A DNA stretch of 32,000 bases from Nitrosospira multiformis ATCC 25196 (GTDB lineage Bacteria; Pseudomonadota; Gammaproteobacteria; Burkholderiales; Nitrosomonadaceae), in contig NC_007614.1 of assembly GCF_000196355.1 (NCBI RefSeq), positions 840,001 to 872,000 of the forward strand, written 5' to 3'. The notes under the pieces were generated by a model. It worked only from the letters and a program-made list of their open reading frames with translations, did no database searches and was not told the DNA's origin. This document shows positions 1 to 8,726 of this stretch, in pieces. A program made the position numbers and the translations under genes. Numbering within the stretch: position 1 is the first letter of the stretch; each line of letters begins with the position of its first letter.

Positions 1-164
1 GGTTTGAGGCTCTTGTAAGCGTCGTTACCGATTTTTCCAACGGTCATTCGCAAGTCGACCCCAAGAAATATCCACAGACCTGTCGTACATGCGATGTTCA
101 GCCCTTATGTCGCATTTACGAGCGCGCAGCCACGGATTTCACCGCGCAAGGGGAGGAAGAATGA
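1..164 (+). CDS. addB: 3' end of an AddB-type nuclease/helicase subunit (partial; continues upstream of the window)
   Basis: Frame 3 is open from the window edge to TGA at 162-164 (...KKYPQTCRTCDVQPLCRIYERAATDFTAQGEEE*). The C-x2-C-x5-C spacing matches the C-terminal Fe-S cluster cysteines of AddB-type nucleases. The stop overlaps the ATG of the next gene (ATGA at 161-164). It is too short to appear in the ORF track. Confidence 0.55.
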   Translation, partial: FEALVSVVTDFSNGHSQVDPKKYPQTCRTCDVQPLCRIYERAATDFTAQGEEE

Positions 165-3100
165 GTATTGTGCTCCCGCTGCAGCAGAATGCATCGAGTG
201 TTCCGCCGGATGAGGCGGAACGGCGCCAGGCGCTCGATCCTGCCTGCTCATTCATTGTGCAGGCCCCGGCCGGCTCCGGTAAAACCGGACTTCTGATTCA
301 ACGCTACCTCAAACTGCTGGCTTGCGTCGAAGAACCGGAGGAGGTGGTGGCGATTACATTCACGCGCAAGGCAGCTGCCGAGATGCGCCAGCGGCTGGTG
401 GCCGCGCTGGCCTCCGCCCAAAAAGCGGCTCACTCATCAGGAGCCCAGGAAGCCGAACAGGAAAGCAAACATGAAAAAACGACGCGAACACTGGCTCATG
501 CGGTGCTGCGACGGGATGCGGAGGCGTGCTGGCGCCTTGCTGACCATCCTGCTCGGCTACGCATCCAAACATTCGATTCGCTGTGCGCTTCCCTTACCCG
601 GCAGATGCCAGTGCTCTCCGGATTCGGAGGGCAGCCGGAAACGGTGGATGACGCCTCCGATCTATATCTCGAGGCGGCGCGCGCCACCCTTGCTCTGCTT
701 GACGGCGACGATGCGGTTGCCGAAGATGTCGAGTGTTTGCTGGAGCACCTCGATAATGATATCGGACGTATAGAAAAACTGCTGGTAGAAATACTGGCCC
801 TTCGGGACCACTGGTTGCGGCACGTTCATGTCAGAGAGCGGTACGAGCTGGAAGCGGCATTAAGAAACGCACGCCGGCAGACATTACGGCGCGTGCGCGC
901 ATTATGGGCCTCCCATCCTCCTGTCGCGCAGGATGAACTGCTCGCACTGGTCAGATATGCGGGCAGCAATCTGGCCAATGGCGCTAGTCTGTCGATTGAA
1001 TATGAGCGGCTCGGTGCGCTCGACATTCTGCCTGGTTGTGAGGAGCAGGATGTTTTCTGCTGGTGCGCCATTTCGGAATTGCTCCTTACGAGAGGAGGGG
1101 ATTGGCGCAAGCAGCATACAGTCAGGGAAGGTTTTCCACCCGGCTCTGGTACCAAAGCCGAAAAAGAAATTGCAAAGTCCTGGAAAGAGCGGGCGTTACG
1201 ATTGATTTCCCAATTGGCCGAAAATGACGAGGGTTCGCTTCGCCAGTCGCTGCACGATATTCGCCTGCTGCCGCCGCCTGCTTACACAGAGGGGCAGTGG
1301 AAAATACTCGGTTCGATCACCCGACTGCTACCCTATGCTGTTGCGCAGCTCAAGCTCGTATTTCAGCAGCATGGCAAGGTGGATTTTACCGAAGTGGCGC
1401 AGGCAGCATTGCGCGCCCTGGGTGATCCCGAGGCGCCGACAGATCTTGCGCTCGCACTCGATTATCGCATTCGGCATTTATTGATAGATGAGTTTCAGGA
1501 TACTTCGATCAGCCAGTATGAGCTGGTTACAAAACTGACGACAGGATGGGAGCCGGGCGACGGACGCAGCATGTTCGTGGTGGGGGACCCGATGCAATCC
1601 ATCTATCGCTTCCGCCAGGCTGAAGTCGGGCTGTTCCTGCGTGCCCGCGCTGCCGGATTTGGGAACGTGACACTCGGTCCAGTTTCACTCTCCGCCAACT
1701 TCCGGTCGCAGCGCGGTATCGTGGACTGGGTTAACGCGACGTTCGCAAGTGTCATGCCGCAGCGCGAGAATATTTCCACAGGTTCGGTACGCTACTCACC
1801 CTCCGTTGCCGTGCGCACCGCATTGCCAGATCCTGCCGTCAGCGTGCACCCATTCTTCAACGATGACCATGGGGCCGAGGGAGCGAAAGTGGTGGAGATT
1901 GTCGCCCGGGCGCAGCGTGACGAGAATTGCTCCACCACTGCCATTCTGGTTCGAAATCGCAGCCACCTGGCGGAAATCCTGCCTCGCCTCAAAAAAGCCG
2001 GATTACGTTTCCGCGCGATCGAAATCGAAGGACTGGGCCGGCAGCCCGTGGTGCAGGATCTATTGGTCCTCACGCGCGCACTGATGCACCCGGCGGATCG
2101 GCTGGCATGGTTTGCGCTGTTGAGAGCTCCATGGTGCGGGCTTACGCTTGCAGATCTCCATGCTCTTGTGTCGGCTGCTCCCGATCAATCTGATGAGGCG
2201 AGCGCTCCCGGCACCGTGCAAGAGGGAGAGGAAAACGCCGGGCCCGGTCGCGGCACCGTGTGGGAGTGGCTTCAGGATGAAAATCGTATTGCCTTTGTTT
2301 CGGCCGACGGCTATGAACGGCTGCTGCGGGTGCGCAATGTATTGAAGGCATGCATGGCCAATCGGAATCGGCAATCCCTGCGGGCAACGGTTGAAGCTGC
2401 GTGGCTGGCGCTGGGCGGCCCGGCGTGCCTCGAAGATGAGGCAGGGCTGGAAGACGCTTCCGCCTACCTTGATTATCTCGAGTCGCATGAAGAAGCGGGA
2501 AGCATTCGCAGTCTTGCGGCATTGGAGGAAGGGTTGACAGGGCTTTCCGCCTTGCCTGACGCGAAAGCGGACGGTACCCTGCAAATCATGACCATCCACA
2601 AGGCCAAGGGACTGGAGTTCGATTGCGTGATTGTACCCGGGCTCGGCCGCTTGTCGCGCAGCGATGAAAAGAAGCTCTTCATGTGGATGGAGCACTTGCG
2701 CGACGAATGGCCGGAAACGGAAGAAGAGGAAAGCGGCGGGAGGAACGATCTGTTGCTCGCACCCATCCAGGAAACCGGTTCCGGGAGCGATCCAATCTAT
2801 TCGTGGATTGAAAAGCTCGATGACGAGAAGGAATGCCTTGAGGATGGACGGTTGCTCTACGTGGCTGCAACACGCGCCAGAAAGCGTTTGCATCTTCTTG
2901 GCAGTACGGGCGTTATCAGCGGCAATGAAGGCGGGGCTGAACTCAGACCCCCGCCGGCCAGGACTTTGTTGAGCAAAATCTGGCCTGCGGTCGAATCCTT
3001 TTATAGGGAGGCTGCAGCAAAAGCAGTTTTTTCAGACCCGGCGTCGTGCGGCGACAATAAAGAGCAGGAGGCGAGAGACAAACCCGTGATCGACCAGTCG

Positions 3101-3751
3101 CTTCGCCGCCTGGTATCCGGCTGGGAACTCCCGCCCGCCCCGCGCGCCCTTCAATGGGAAGCAGGCCCGTCTCCTTTGCCCCCCTGGAGGGAAGTCGAAT
3201 ATTCCTGGGCGGGCGAGACAGCCAGGCTTGTCGGCAATATAGTCCACAAATGGCTGCAACGCATTGCCGAGGACGGGCTCGCTGACTGGAACGCGGCTCG
3301 CATCATCGACCTGCGGGATGTTTTCCGGCGCCAGTTGATTGCATGCGGGGCGATCAGCACGGGTAAGGATGATTCTGATGTTGCCGTAAAAAGAGTAATG
3401 GCAGCGCTCACCCACGCAGTGAGCGAGCCGCGCGGACGCTGGCTACTGGGACCGCAGCAGGAGGCGCGCAGCGAGTTGCGCATGACCGGCCACATCGGGG
3501 GCCAATACATGGATTTCGTGATAGACCGTACTTTTCGCGATGTGGCGGGTCAGCGATGGGTCGTTGACTACAAGACAAGCAGCCACGAAGGCGCTGATAT
3601 GGGGGAATTTCTCGATCGCGAGCAGGAGCGCTATCGCGATCAGCTGGATCGGTATGCTGCACTCGTGCAGGCAGTGGAAGGACAGCCGGTAAGGCGAGGA
3701 CTTTATTTTCCCTTGCTCAAGGGATGGCGGGAGTGGGGGGACGAGACTTGA
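161..3751 (+). CDS. addA: AddA-type UvrD/Rep-family helicase with a C-terminal PD-(D/E)XK (RecB-like) nuclease domain
   Basis: This is the ORF listed at 89-3751. The likely start is the ATG at 161, preceded by GGGGAGGAAG. Helicase motifs are present: Walker A APAGSGKT, DEFQDTS, VGDPMQSIYRFRQA, LSANFRS, TIHKAKGLEFD and YVAATRARKRL. The C-terminal nuclease motif is WVVDYKTS. About 1196 aa from the ATG at 161. Confidence 0.9.
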   Translation: MSIVLPLQQNASSVPPDEAERRQALDPACSFIVQAPAGSGKTGLLIQRYLKLLACVEEPEEVVAITFTRKAAAEMRQRLVAALASAQKAAHSSGAQEAEQESKHEKTTRTLAHAVLRRDAEACWRLADHPARLRIQTFDSLCASLTRQMPVLSGFGGQPETVDDASDLYLEAARATLALLDGDDAVAEDVECLLEHLDNDIGRIEKLLVEILALRDHWLRHVHVRERYELEAALRNARRQTLRRVRALWASHPPVAQDELLALVRYAGSNLANGASLSIEYERLGALDILPGCEEQDVFCWCAISELLLTRGGDWRKQHTVREGFPPGSGTKAEKEIAKSWKERALRLISQLAENDEGSLRQSLHDIRLLPPPAYTEGQWKILGSITRLLPYAVAQLKLVFQQHGKVDFTEVAQAALRALGDPEAPTDLALALDYRIRHLLIDEFQDTSISQYELVTKLTTGWEPGDGRSMFVVGDPMQSIYRFRQAEVGLFLRARAAGFGNVTLGPVSLSANFRSQRGIVDWVNATFASVMPQRENISTGSVRYSPSVAVRTALPDPAVSVHPFFNDDHGAEGAKVVEIVARAQRDENCSTTAILVRNRSHLAEILPRLKKAGLRFRAIEIEGLGRQPVVQDLLVLTRALMHPADRLAWFALLRAPWCGLTLADLHALVSAAPDQSDEASAPGTVQEGEENAGPGRGTVWEWLQDENRIAFVSADGYERLLRVRNVLKACMANRNRQSLRATVEAAWLALGGPACLEDEAGLEDASAYLDYLESHEEAGSIRSLAALEEGLTGLSALPDAKADGTLQIMTIHKAKGLEFDCVIVPGLGRLSRSDEKKLFMWMEHLRDEWPETEEEESGGRNDLLLAPIQETGSGSDPIYSWIEKLDDEKECLEDGRLLYVAATRARKRLHLLGSTGVISGNEGGAELRPPPARTLLSKIWPAVESFYREAAAKAVFSDPASCGDNKEQEARDKPVIDQSLRRLVSGWELPPAPRALQWEAGPSPLPPWREVEYSWAGETARLVGNIVHKWLQRIAEDGLADWNAARIIDLRDVFRRQLIACGAISTGKDDSDVAVKRVMAALTHAVSEPRGRWLLGPQQEARSELRMTGHIGGQYMDFVIDRTFRDVAGQRWVVDYKTSSHEGADMGEFLDREQERYRDQLDRYAALVQAVEGQPVRRGLYFPLLKGWREWGDET

Positions 3752-3872
3752 AGGATGAAAAATAGAATCGTACATTTATTTGCCGAGGTACTCCTGATAC
3801 GTCCCGAACTATTGGCTATCCCCAAAACCCCAGTACGGGTAAACCATTGGATTTTTATATGCAGGTGAATTT

Positions 3873-4961
3873 ATGCGCTTTCTGATATATGCATTCGGTT
3901 TTTTTGCACTGACGGGATGTGTGGCAACCACGGTAGCTCCTCCGGTTGCTGAGCCGCGCCCGGAGATCGAAGGAGGAATCGAAAGGAAGGTTGAAGGAGG
4001 AATCGAAAGACAGGTTGAAGGGAAGATCGAAGAGGAGACAAAAGAGAAAGCAAAAGAGGGAGTCGAAAATTTCATCGGCGAAATGGTCGAAAGACACGGC
4101 TTTGTCCAGGCTGAACTGGAGGACATTCTTGGGCAGGCCCAGTATCAGGAGGGAATCATAAAAGCGATTTCACAGCCTGCTACCGCAAAGCCGTGGTATG
4201 CATACCGGCCCGTCTTCGTCACGCCGAAGCGTATTGCCGCGGGTGTAGCCTTCTGGAACGCAAATGCTCTGGAACTGGAGCGTGCCCGCAGGGACTTCGG
4301 GATTCCCGAGGAGATCATTGCAGCTGTAATCGGTGTCGAAACTTTTTACGGGACGCAAAACGGCAAGCACCGAATACTCGACGCCCTGACTACGCTTGCA
4401 TTCAACTATCCCCGCCGCGGGGCCTTCTTTCGCGGAGAGTTGGAGCAATATCTCCTGATGGGACGGGACCAGCAGGCTGACCTCTTGAGTATCAGGGGTT
4501 CTTACGCAGGAGCAATCGGCATCCCGCAATTCATGCCCAGCAGTTACCGGCGATACGCGGTGGATTTCAATAATGACGGCAAGATCGATTTATCCGGCAG
4601 CGCGGCGGATGCAATCGGGAGCGTCGCCAATTACCTGAAGAGCTATGGATGGGAAGCAGGCCAGCTGATAGTGGTCCCCGCAACGGTGAATGGCGAAGAT
4701 TACAGGGAAGTTTTATATTCTGGATACCCCCCGCGCTACACCGTGGCGGAGATTGGACAATGGGGGGTGACTCCCCGCTGGCATGCTCCGGCTGGCCGAC
4801 TGGCATCACTACTTGAACTGGAAGCGAAGAATGGAAAGGAGCACTGGCTGGCTTTCAATAATTTCCATGTCATTACCCGCTACAATCGCAGCGTAAATTA
4901 TGCAATGTCAGTGCTGCAGCTGGCGGAAGAGATTCGGGCCGCGAGAGCCTCGAATTTATAG
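3873..4961 (+). CDS. mltB: Lytic murein transglycosylase B family lipoprotein
   Basis: The signal peptide has a lipobox (FFALTGC). The catalytic region matches the MltB pattern (AAVIGVETFYG ... GSYAGAIGIPQFMPSSYRRYAVDFNNDGKIDL). An AGGTGA Shine-Dalgarno site lies upstream. Confidence 0.9.
   Translation: MRFLIYAFGFFALTGCVATTVAPPVAEPRPEIEGGIERKVEGGIERQVEGKIEEETKEKAKEGVENFIGEMVERHGFVQAELEDILGQAQYQEGIIKAISQPATAKPWYAYRPVFVTPKRIAAGVAFWNANALELERARRDFGIPEEIIAAVIGVETFYGTQNGKHRILDALTTLAFNYPRRGAFFRGELEQYLLMGRDQQADLLSIRGSYAGAIGIPQFMPSSYRRYAVDFNNDGKIDLSGSAADAIGSVANYLKSYGWEAGQLIVVPATVNGEDYREVLYSGYPPRYTVAEIGQWGVTPRWHAPAGRLASLLELEAKNGKEHWLAFNNFHVITRYNRSVNYAMSVLQLAEEIRAARASNL
3969..4040 (+). repeat. Three tandem 24-nt (8-aa) units encoding EGGIERKV / EGGIERQV / EGKIEEET in the MltB linker
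   Basis: Read directly: gaaggaggaatcgaaaggaaggtt / gaaggaggaatcgaaagacaggtt / gaagggaagatcgaagaggagaca. The repeat is in frame, between the lipobox and the catalytic domain. Confidence 0.85.
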
Positions 4962-5086
4962 CGGTGAGAAACTCTGGTGCGATTTCTTTTTTGTAAGGCA
5001 TCCCATGTTTTCTCAATATATCATCGGCCTGAAAACCCTGTACAGAAGATAGAGATCATTGTTCCTCGATTTCCCCGTATAGCCCT

Positions 5087-6061
5087 GTGAAACATTCTGA
5101 ACCCCGTATATCTGTAGTCATTCCGGCCTTTCGCTCTGAAAGGACGCTGCCCGAATTGTGTATCCGATTAGGTAAGGTACTTCCATCGGTGTGTCCTGAG
5201 TATGAAATTATTATTGTTGAGGATGGGGGGGGAGGACAAACATGGGAGATCATCCAGGCCTTGGCTGCGGCTGATGCACGGATCCGCGGAATGCTTCATA
5301 GCCGCAATTACGGCCAGCATAACGCCATCCTGAGCGGGATTAGGGCTGCTCGTTTTGAGATCATCATCACTATGGACGATGATCTTCAAAATCCGCCCGA
5401 AGAGATTCCCGCTCTATTAACCAAGCTTGCGGAAGGGTATGACGTAGTATACGGCACTCCCTGTCAGGAAAAACATGGGGTTCTTCGAGATATTGCTTCG
5501 CTCATTACAAAGCGCATGCTTGAACATGCAATGGGTGGTGATGTGTCGCGACATATCAGTGCTTATCGCGTGTTTAAAACTCATCTTCGCGATGCCTTCA
5601 AGGATTATCGCAACCCGTTTGTCTCTATTGATGTTTTGCTGACTTGGGCAACTACTCACTTTGCTGCAATCCCGGTTCGCCATGATTCCCGTACAGTAGG
5701 AGCCTCGGGCTATACATTAGCCCGACTGGTCAGGCATACATTAAATATGGTCACAGGATACAGTGTTTTCCCTCTTCAGCTAGCAAGCTGGACAGGCTTT
5801 TTGTTTACGTTGCTTGGCATGTGTTTGTTGATGTATGTTCTTGGACGCTATCTCCTCTATGGGAGCGGAATGGCAGGATTTCCATTTCTCGCATCGATAA
5901 TTGCAATTTTCGCCGGAGCCCAGATGTTTGCGCTCGGAATCATTGGGGAATACCTGTCTCGTATGCACGTCAACAGCATGGGTCGGCCGTTAGCGGTGAT
6001 AAAGGAGGCAACATTCCCGGTGAATAGCACAAGTAATAAAGAAGGTTCCAGGTCGGGTTGA
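5087..6061 (+). CDS. Family 2 glycosyltransferase, polyprenyl-phosphate sugar transferase type (ArnC/GtrB/DPM1-like)
   Basis: GTG start. The N-terminal GT-A fold signature is present (ISVVIPAFRSE ... IIIVEDGG ... ITMDDDLQNPPEEIP). There are two C-terminal hydrophobic helices (FPLQLASWTGFLFTLLGMCLLMYVL and FLASIIAIFAGAQMFALGIIGEY), as in ArnC/GtrB. Confidence 0.85.
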   Translation: MKHSEPRISVVIPAFRSERTLPELCIRLGKVLPSVCPEYEIIIVEDGGGGQTWEIIQALAAADARIRGMLHSRNYGQHNAILSGIRAARFEIIITMDDDLQNPPEEIPALLTKLAEGYDVVYGTPCQEKHGVLRDIASLITKRMLEHAMGGDVSRHISAYRVFKTHLRDAFKDYRNPFVSIDVLLTWATTHFAAIPVRHDSRTVGASGYTLARLVRHTLNMVTGYSVFPLQLASWTGFLFTLLGMCLLMYVLGRYLLYGSGMAGFPFLASIIAIFAGAQMFALGIIGEYLSRMHVNSMGRPLAVIKEATFPVNSTSNKEGSRSG

Positions 6062-6110
6062 AGTAGATTAGCCAAAGCAGGTGGGTGAAACGTCACAGTT
6101 TATGCTGGGG

Positions 6111-6899
6111 TTACCCGAAATGAAGTTTGTTTGCGATCGGAACGGGCTTGATATTCGCCTTGAACCATTTATGGAATGTGTATTCAAATTTTTGGGGTAA
6201 AAATCCTTGAGCAGTCCATACTCTTTGAACAGCGAGATTGATAATCTGTGTTGAGGTGAAAATCCGCTTAAAACCTGTCCTGATTGCGTACTCTACTGCA
6301 TATTGGATCATGCGACGATAGACCCCCCGCCCCTCCACGCGCTTCACAACCCCGCTCAATACCAGTTCAAGGCGTTTATCGTTGTGTATCTTCATCGTAA
6401 GGAACCCACAGATTCCGTTCCCATCCTCAGCAACAATAACTTTATTGCTTTCTCCGGCATTTTTTATCGTCTTCTCACACCAGGAAACGTATGCTTCATC
6501 ACAGTCATGCCTATTAAGCATAGGATCGGAATGATAATGTCCGACATACTCTGAAAACGCCTCCCGAGCAACATCAGTAACTGCTACCTGGTCTCTTGCC
6601 ATTACTTCTCGTAACCGAAATGGCTCTTCATCCGTGTGAGCGGTCGGAATTGAATTTTTTACGCGGAGACAGCGTAATTCATAATAAATGAGCGTGTCAC
6701 ATAAAATGCTGCCCAAAGTTTCAAGCTGGTGAACTACATTAATTTTGCTCGCGTCAAGCCTGGCAATGAGTAGATCTGCCTTGTTGTTATTGCTGAATGA
6801 AATGCATTCTTCTAAGTCTTCAATTGATTCGAGCCCCTCGGCCTTTACAGTGATAACGCCAAAACGGTGCTGATCAAGCTCTGACAGATATCTGTTCAT
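6111..6899 (-). CDS. Two-domain GNAT N-acetyltransferase resembling WecD (dTDP-fucosamine acetyltransferase)
   Basis: 262 aa. The C-terminal GNAT core is VIVAEDGNGICGFLTMK...VVKRVEGRGVYRRMIQYAVEYA...FTSTQIINLAVQRVWTAQGF. An extra N-terminal domain gives an architecture like E. coli WecD (compared from memory). GC is clearly lower than the neighbours, about 41-43% by eye. Confidence 0.7.
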   Translation of the reverse strand: MNRYLSELDQHRFGVITVKAEGLESIEDLEECISFSNNNKADLLIARLDASKINVVHQLETLGSILCDTLIYYELRCLRVKNSIPTAHTDEEPFRLREVMARDQVAVTDVAREAFSEYVGHYHSDPMLNRHDCDEAYVSWCEKTIKNAGESNKVIVAEDGNGICGFLTMKIHNDKRLELVLSGVVKRVEGRGVYRRMIQYAVEYAIRTGFKRIFTSTQIINLAVQRVWTAQGFLPQKFEYTFHKWFKANIKPVPIANKLHFG

Positions 6900-7283
6900 T
6901 TGTTTTCAATTTGAAGTGGTTATTGATTGCTTCTCTGTCCACGCCAGTCTAACGGAATGGTTTCCCGGTGCAGTAACGCCCGAAGCGATCGAGGCGTGCG
7001 CAAAAATGCGTCGAAGTCGTTACTCCTAGATCAGAAGCCGTTAATGCCGTCTTTCTGGCTAGGTAGAGCAGTTCCGTATCTTACCGATGCTGGGTGTATT
7101 GCCTATTGGACCGAGGTACACCTGTACTGAAGTACGTTTGGGAGGTGGGAAAGAAGACGGGGACTTTTTGCGGGCAATGATGAACGAAGGGTATGACTGA
7201 TATAAACTAGGCAAAGTATTCAAATTCATGGCATGGAACGGCCGAGGTGAGAGACTGAAGTGATCGAACTATGAAAGCCTTCA

Positions 7284-8714
7284 ATGATCAGCCGGGATAA
7301 AAGGCACTTCAACTCCGTCCATTCCCCTGTGGATGAACATGCTGACGCAAGTCAGGCGCTTCGCGAGCGCCTGAAAGAAATCACCTGTCTCTATGAAATT
7401 CGCCGGGGCATGGGGCCGGAATTATCGGTGGAGAACGTTTGCCGGCAGATTTTCGAGCACTTGATACACGCGATGCAATTTCCGGAAATTGCTACCGCCA
7501 TGATCGAGCTCGACGGCAGACGCTTCATTTCCCAGAATCACGACGAAGGTGCCACGCATGAGCTGCAATCGACGATTAACGTCAACGCCCATCCTTGTGG
7601 CCAGCTACGGGTCTTCTATCCGGAAGATAAACCTTTCCTGGTGCCGGAAGAACAGCGGCTCATCGACGCGATCGCAACTGATCTGGGAAGGTGGTTTGAG
7701 CGCAAACAGATCGACGAGGCGTTGCGCGAGCGTCTGAAAGAAATCACTTGCCTCTACGAGATTCGCCATGGCATGGGAGTGGAATTATCGGTGGACAACG
7801 TCTGCCAGCAGATTTTCGAGCACCTGATACCCGCGATGCAATTTCCGGAAATTGCTACCGCCATGATCGAACTCGATGGCAAGCGCTTCACTTCCAAGAA
7901 CCACGGTCAGGGTCTTACGCACGAACTGAAATCGACGATCAGCGCCAACAACCATTCCTGCGGCCAGTTGCGTGTCTTCTATCCCGAAGACAAACCTTTC
8001 CTGGTGCCGGAAGAACAGCGGCTCATCGACGCGGTTGCGACTGATCTGGGGAGATGGTTTGAGCGCAAACATCTCGAGCAAACCCTGGTTTCCATAGCGG
8101 AAGAACATCAGCGTTCGATCGGCCAGGATTTACACGACAATCTCGGGCAGCAGATTGCAGCGATTGGCTATCAGGCCAAAGCGCTGCAGAAAAAAATATC
8201 CTCGTTGGGGAGTACGGATGCCGCAACCGTCGCTGCTTCCATCGCGACTCAAGCACAGATCGCCGTGATGCAATGCAAGCAGCTTGCGCAGGGGCTGCTC
8301 CCATTTGAACTGGAGACCCATGGCCTGGTGGCCGCACTGCGGGCATTTGCATCCAGAATCGCAATCACTTACAAGATTACTTGTGATTTTATATGCAAAA
8401 ATGAAGTTCTCATCAAGGATAAGGATCTTGCGCTTAATATTTACCGGATTGCCCAAGAGGCCACCAATAACGCAATACGCCACGGGAGCGCACAGCATGT
8501 GACAATTTCGCTGGATTCCGAGGAAGAAATGCTCTCTCTGTCGATACGCGATGATGGCGGCGGCTTTGCCGGTTTTAACACAAAAGAGGGAGCGACTCCA
8601 GGAATGGGTATTAAAATCATGCAATATCGCGCCCGGCAGCTTGGCGCAATACTGGAATTCGTGTCGCATCCCGAAGGCGGAGTGGAAGTGCGGCTCGAAA
8701 TGCGAATGATGTAG
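7284..8714 (+). CDS. Cytoplasmic sensor histidine kinase (HisKA_3/NarX-LiaS type) with two tandem GAF-like input modules
   Basis: It has an H-box (DLHDNLGQQIAAI) and HATPase_c N and G boxes (EATNNAIRHG; DDGGGF; GMGIKIM). No hydrophobic transmembrane segment is visible. Residues 25-145 and 146-266 are near-duplicates. Confidence 0.9.
   Translation: MISRDKRHFNSVHSPVDEHADASQALRERLKEITCLYEIRRGMGPELSVENVCRQIFEHLIHAMQFPEIATAMIELDGRRFISQNHDEGATHELQSTINVNAHPCGQLRVFYPEDKPFLVPEEQRLIDAIATDLGRWFERKQIDEALRERLKEITCLYEIRHGMGVELSVDNVCQQIFEHLIPAMQFPEIATAMIELDGKRFTSKNHGQGLTHELKSTISANNHSCGQLRVFYPEDKPFLVPEEQRLIDAVATDLGRWFERKHLEQTLVSIAEEHQRSIGQDLHDNLGQQIAAIGYQAKALQKKISSLGSTDAATVAASIATQAQIAVMQCKQLAQGLLPFELETHGLVAALRAFASRIAITYKITCDFICKNEVLIKDKDLALNIYRIAQEATNNAIRHGSAQHVTISLDSEEEMLSLSIRDDGGGFAGFNTKEGATPGMGIKIMQYRARQLGAILEFVSHPEGGVEVRLEMRMM
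7356..8081 (+). repeat. 2 x 363-nt tandem duplication inside the kinase gene (two 121-aa modules, 100/121 aa identical)
   Basis: Copy 1 spans 7356-7718 and copy 2 spans 7719-8081, aligning without gaps. Perfectly identical blocks of 39 nt (cgcgatgcaatttccggaaattgctaccgccatgatcga) and 42 nt (aaacctttcctggtgccggaagaacagcggctcatcgacgcg) sit among diverged sequence. Confidence 0.95.
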
Positions 8715-8726
8715 GAGTTTTCCGGG

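Noticed and set aside
2060-2893. 277-aa minus-strand ORF inside addA. The same applies to 8130-8882 (antisense to the kinase), 15839-16606 (antisense to the SDR) and 12450-13187 (antisense to the permease).
   Set aside because: All are opposite well-supported genes in GC-rich DNA, where long spurious antisense frames are expected.
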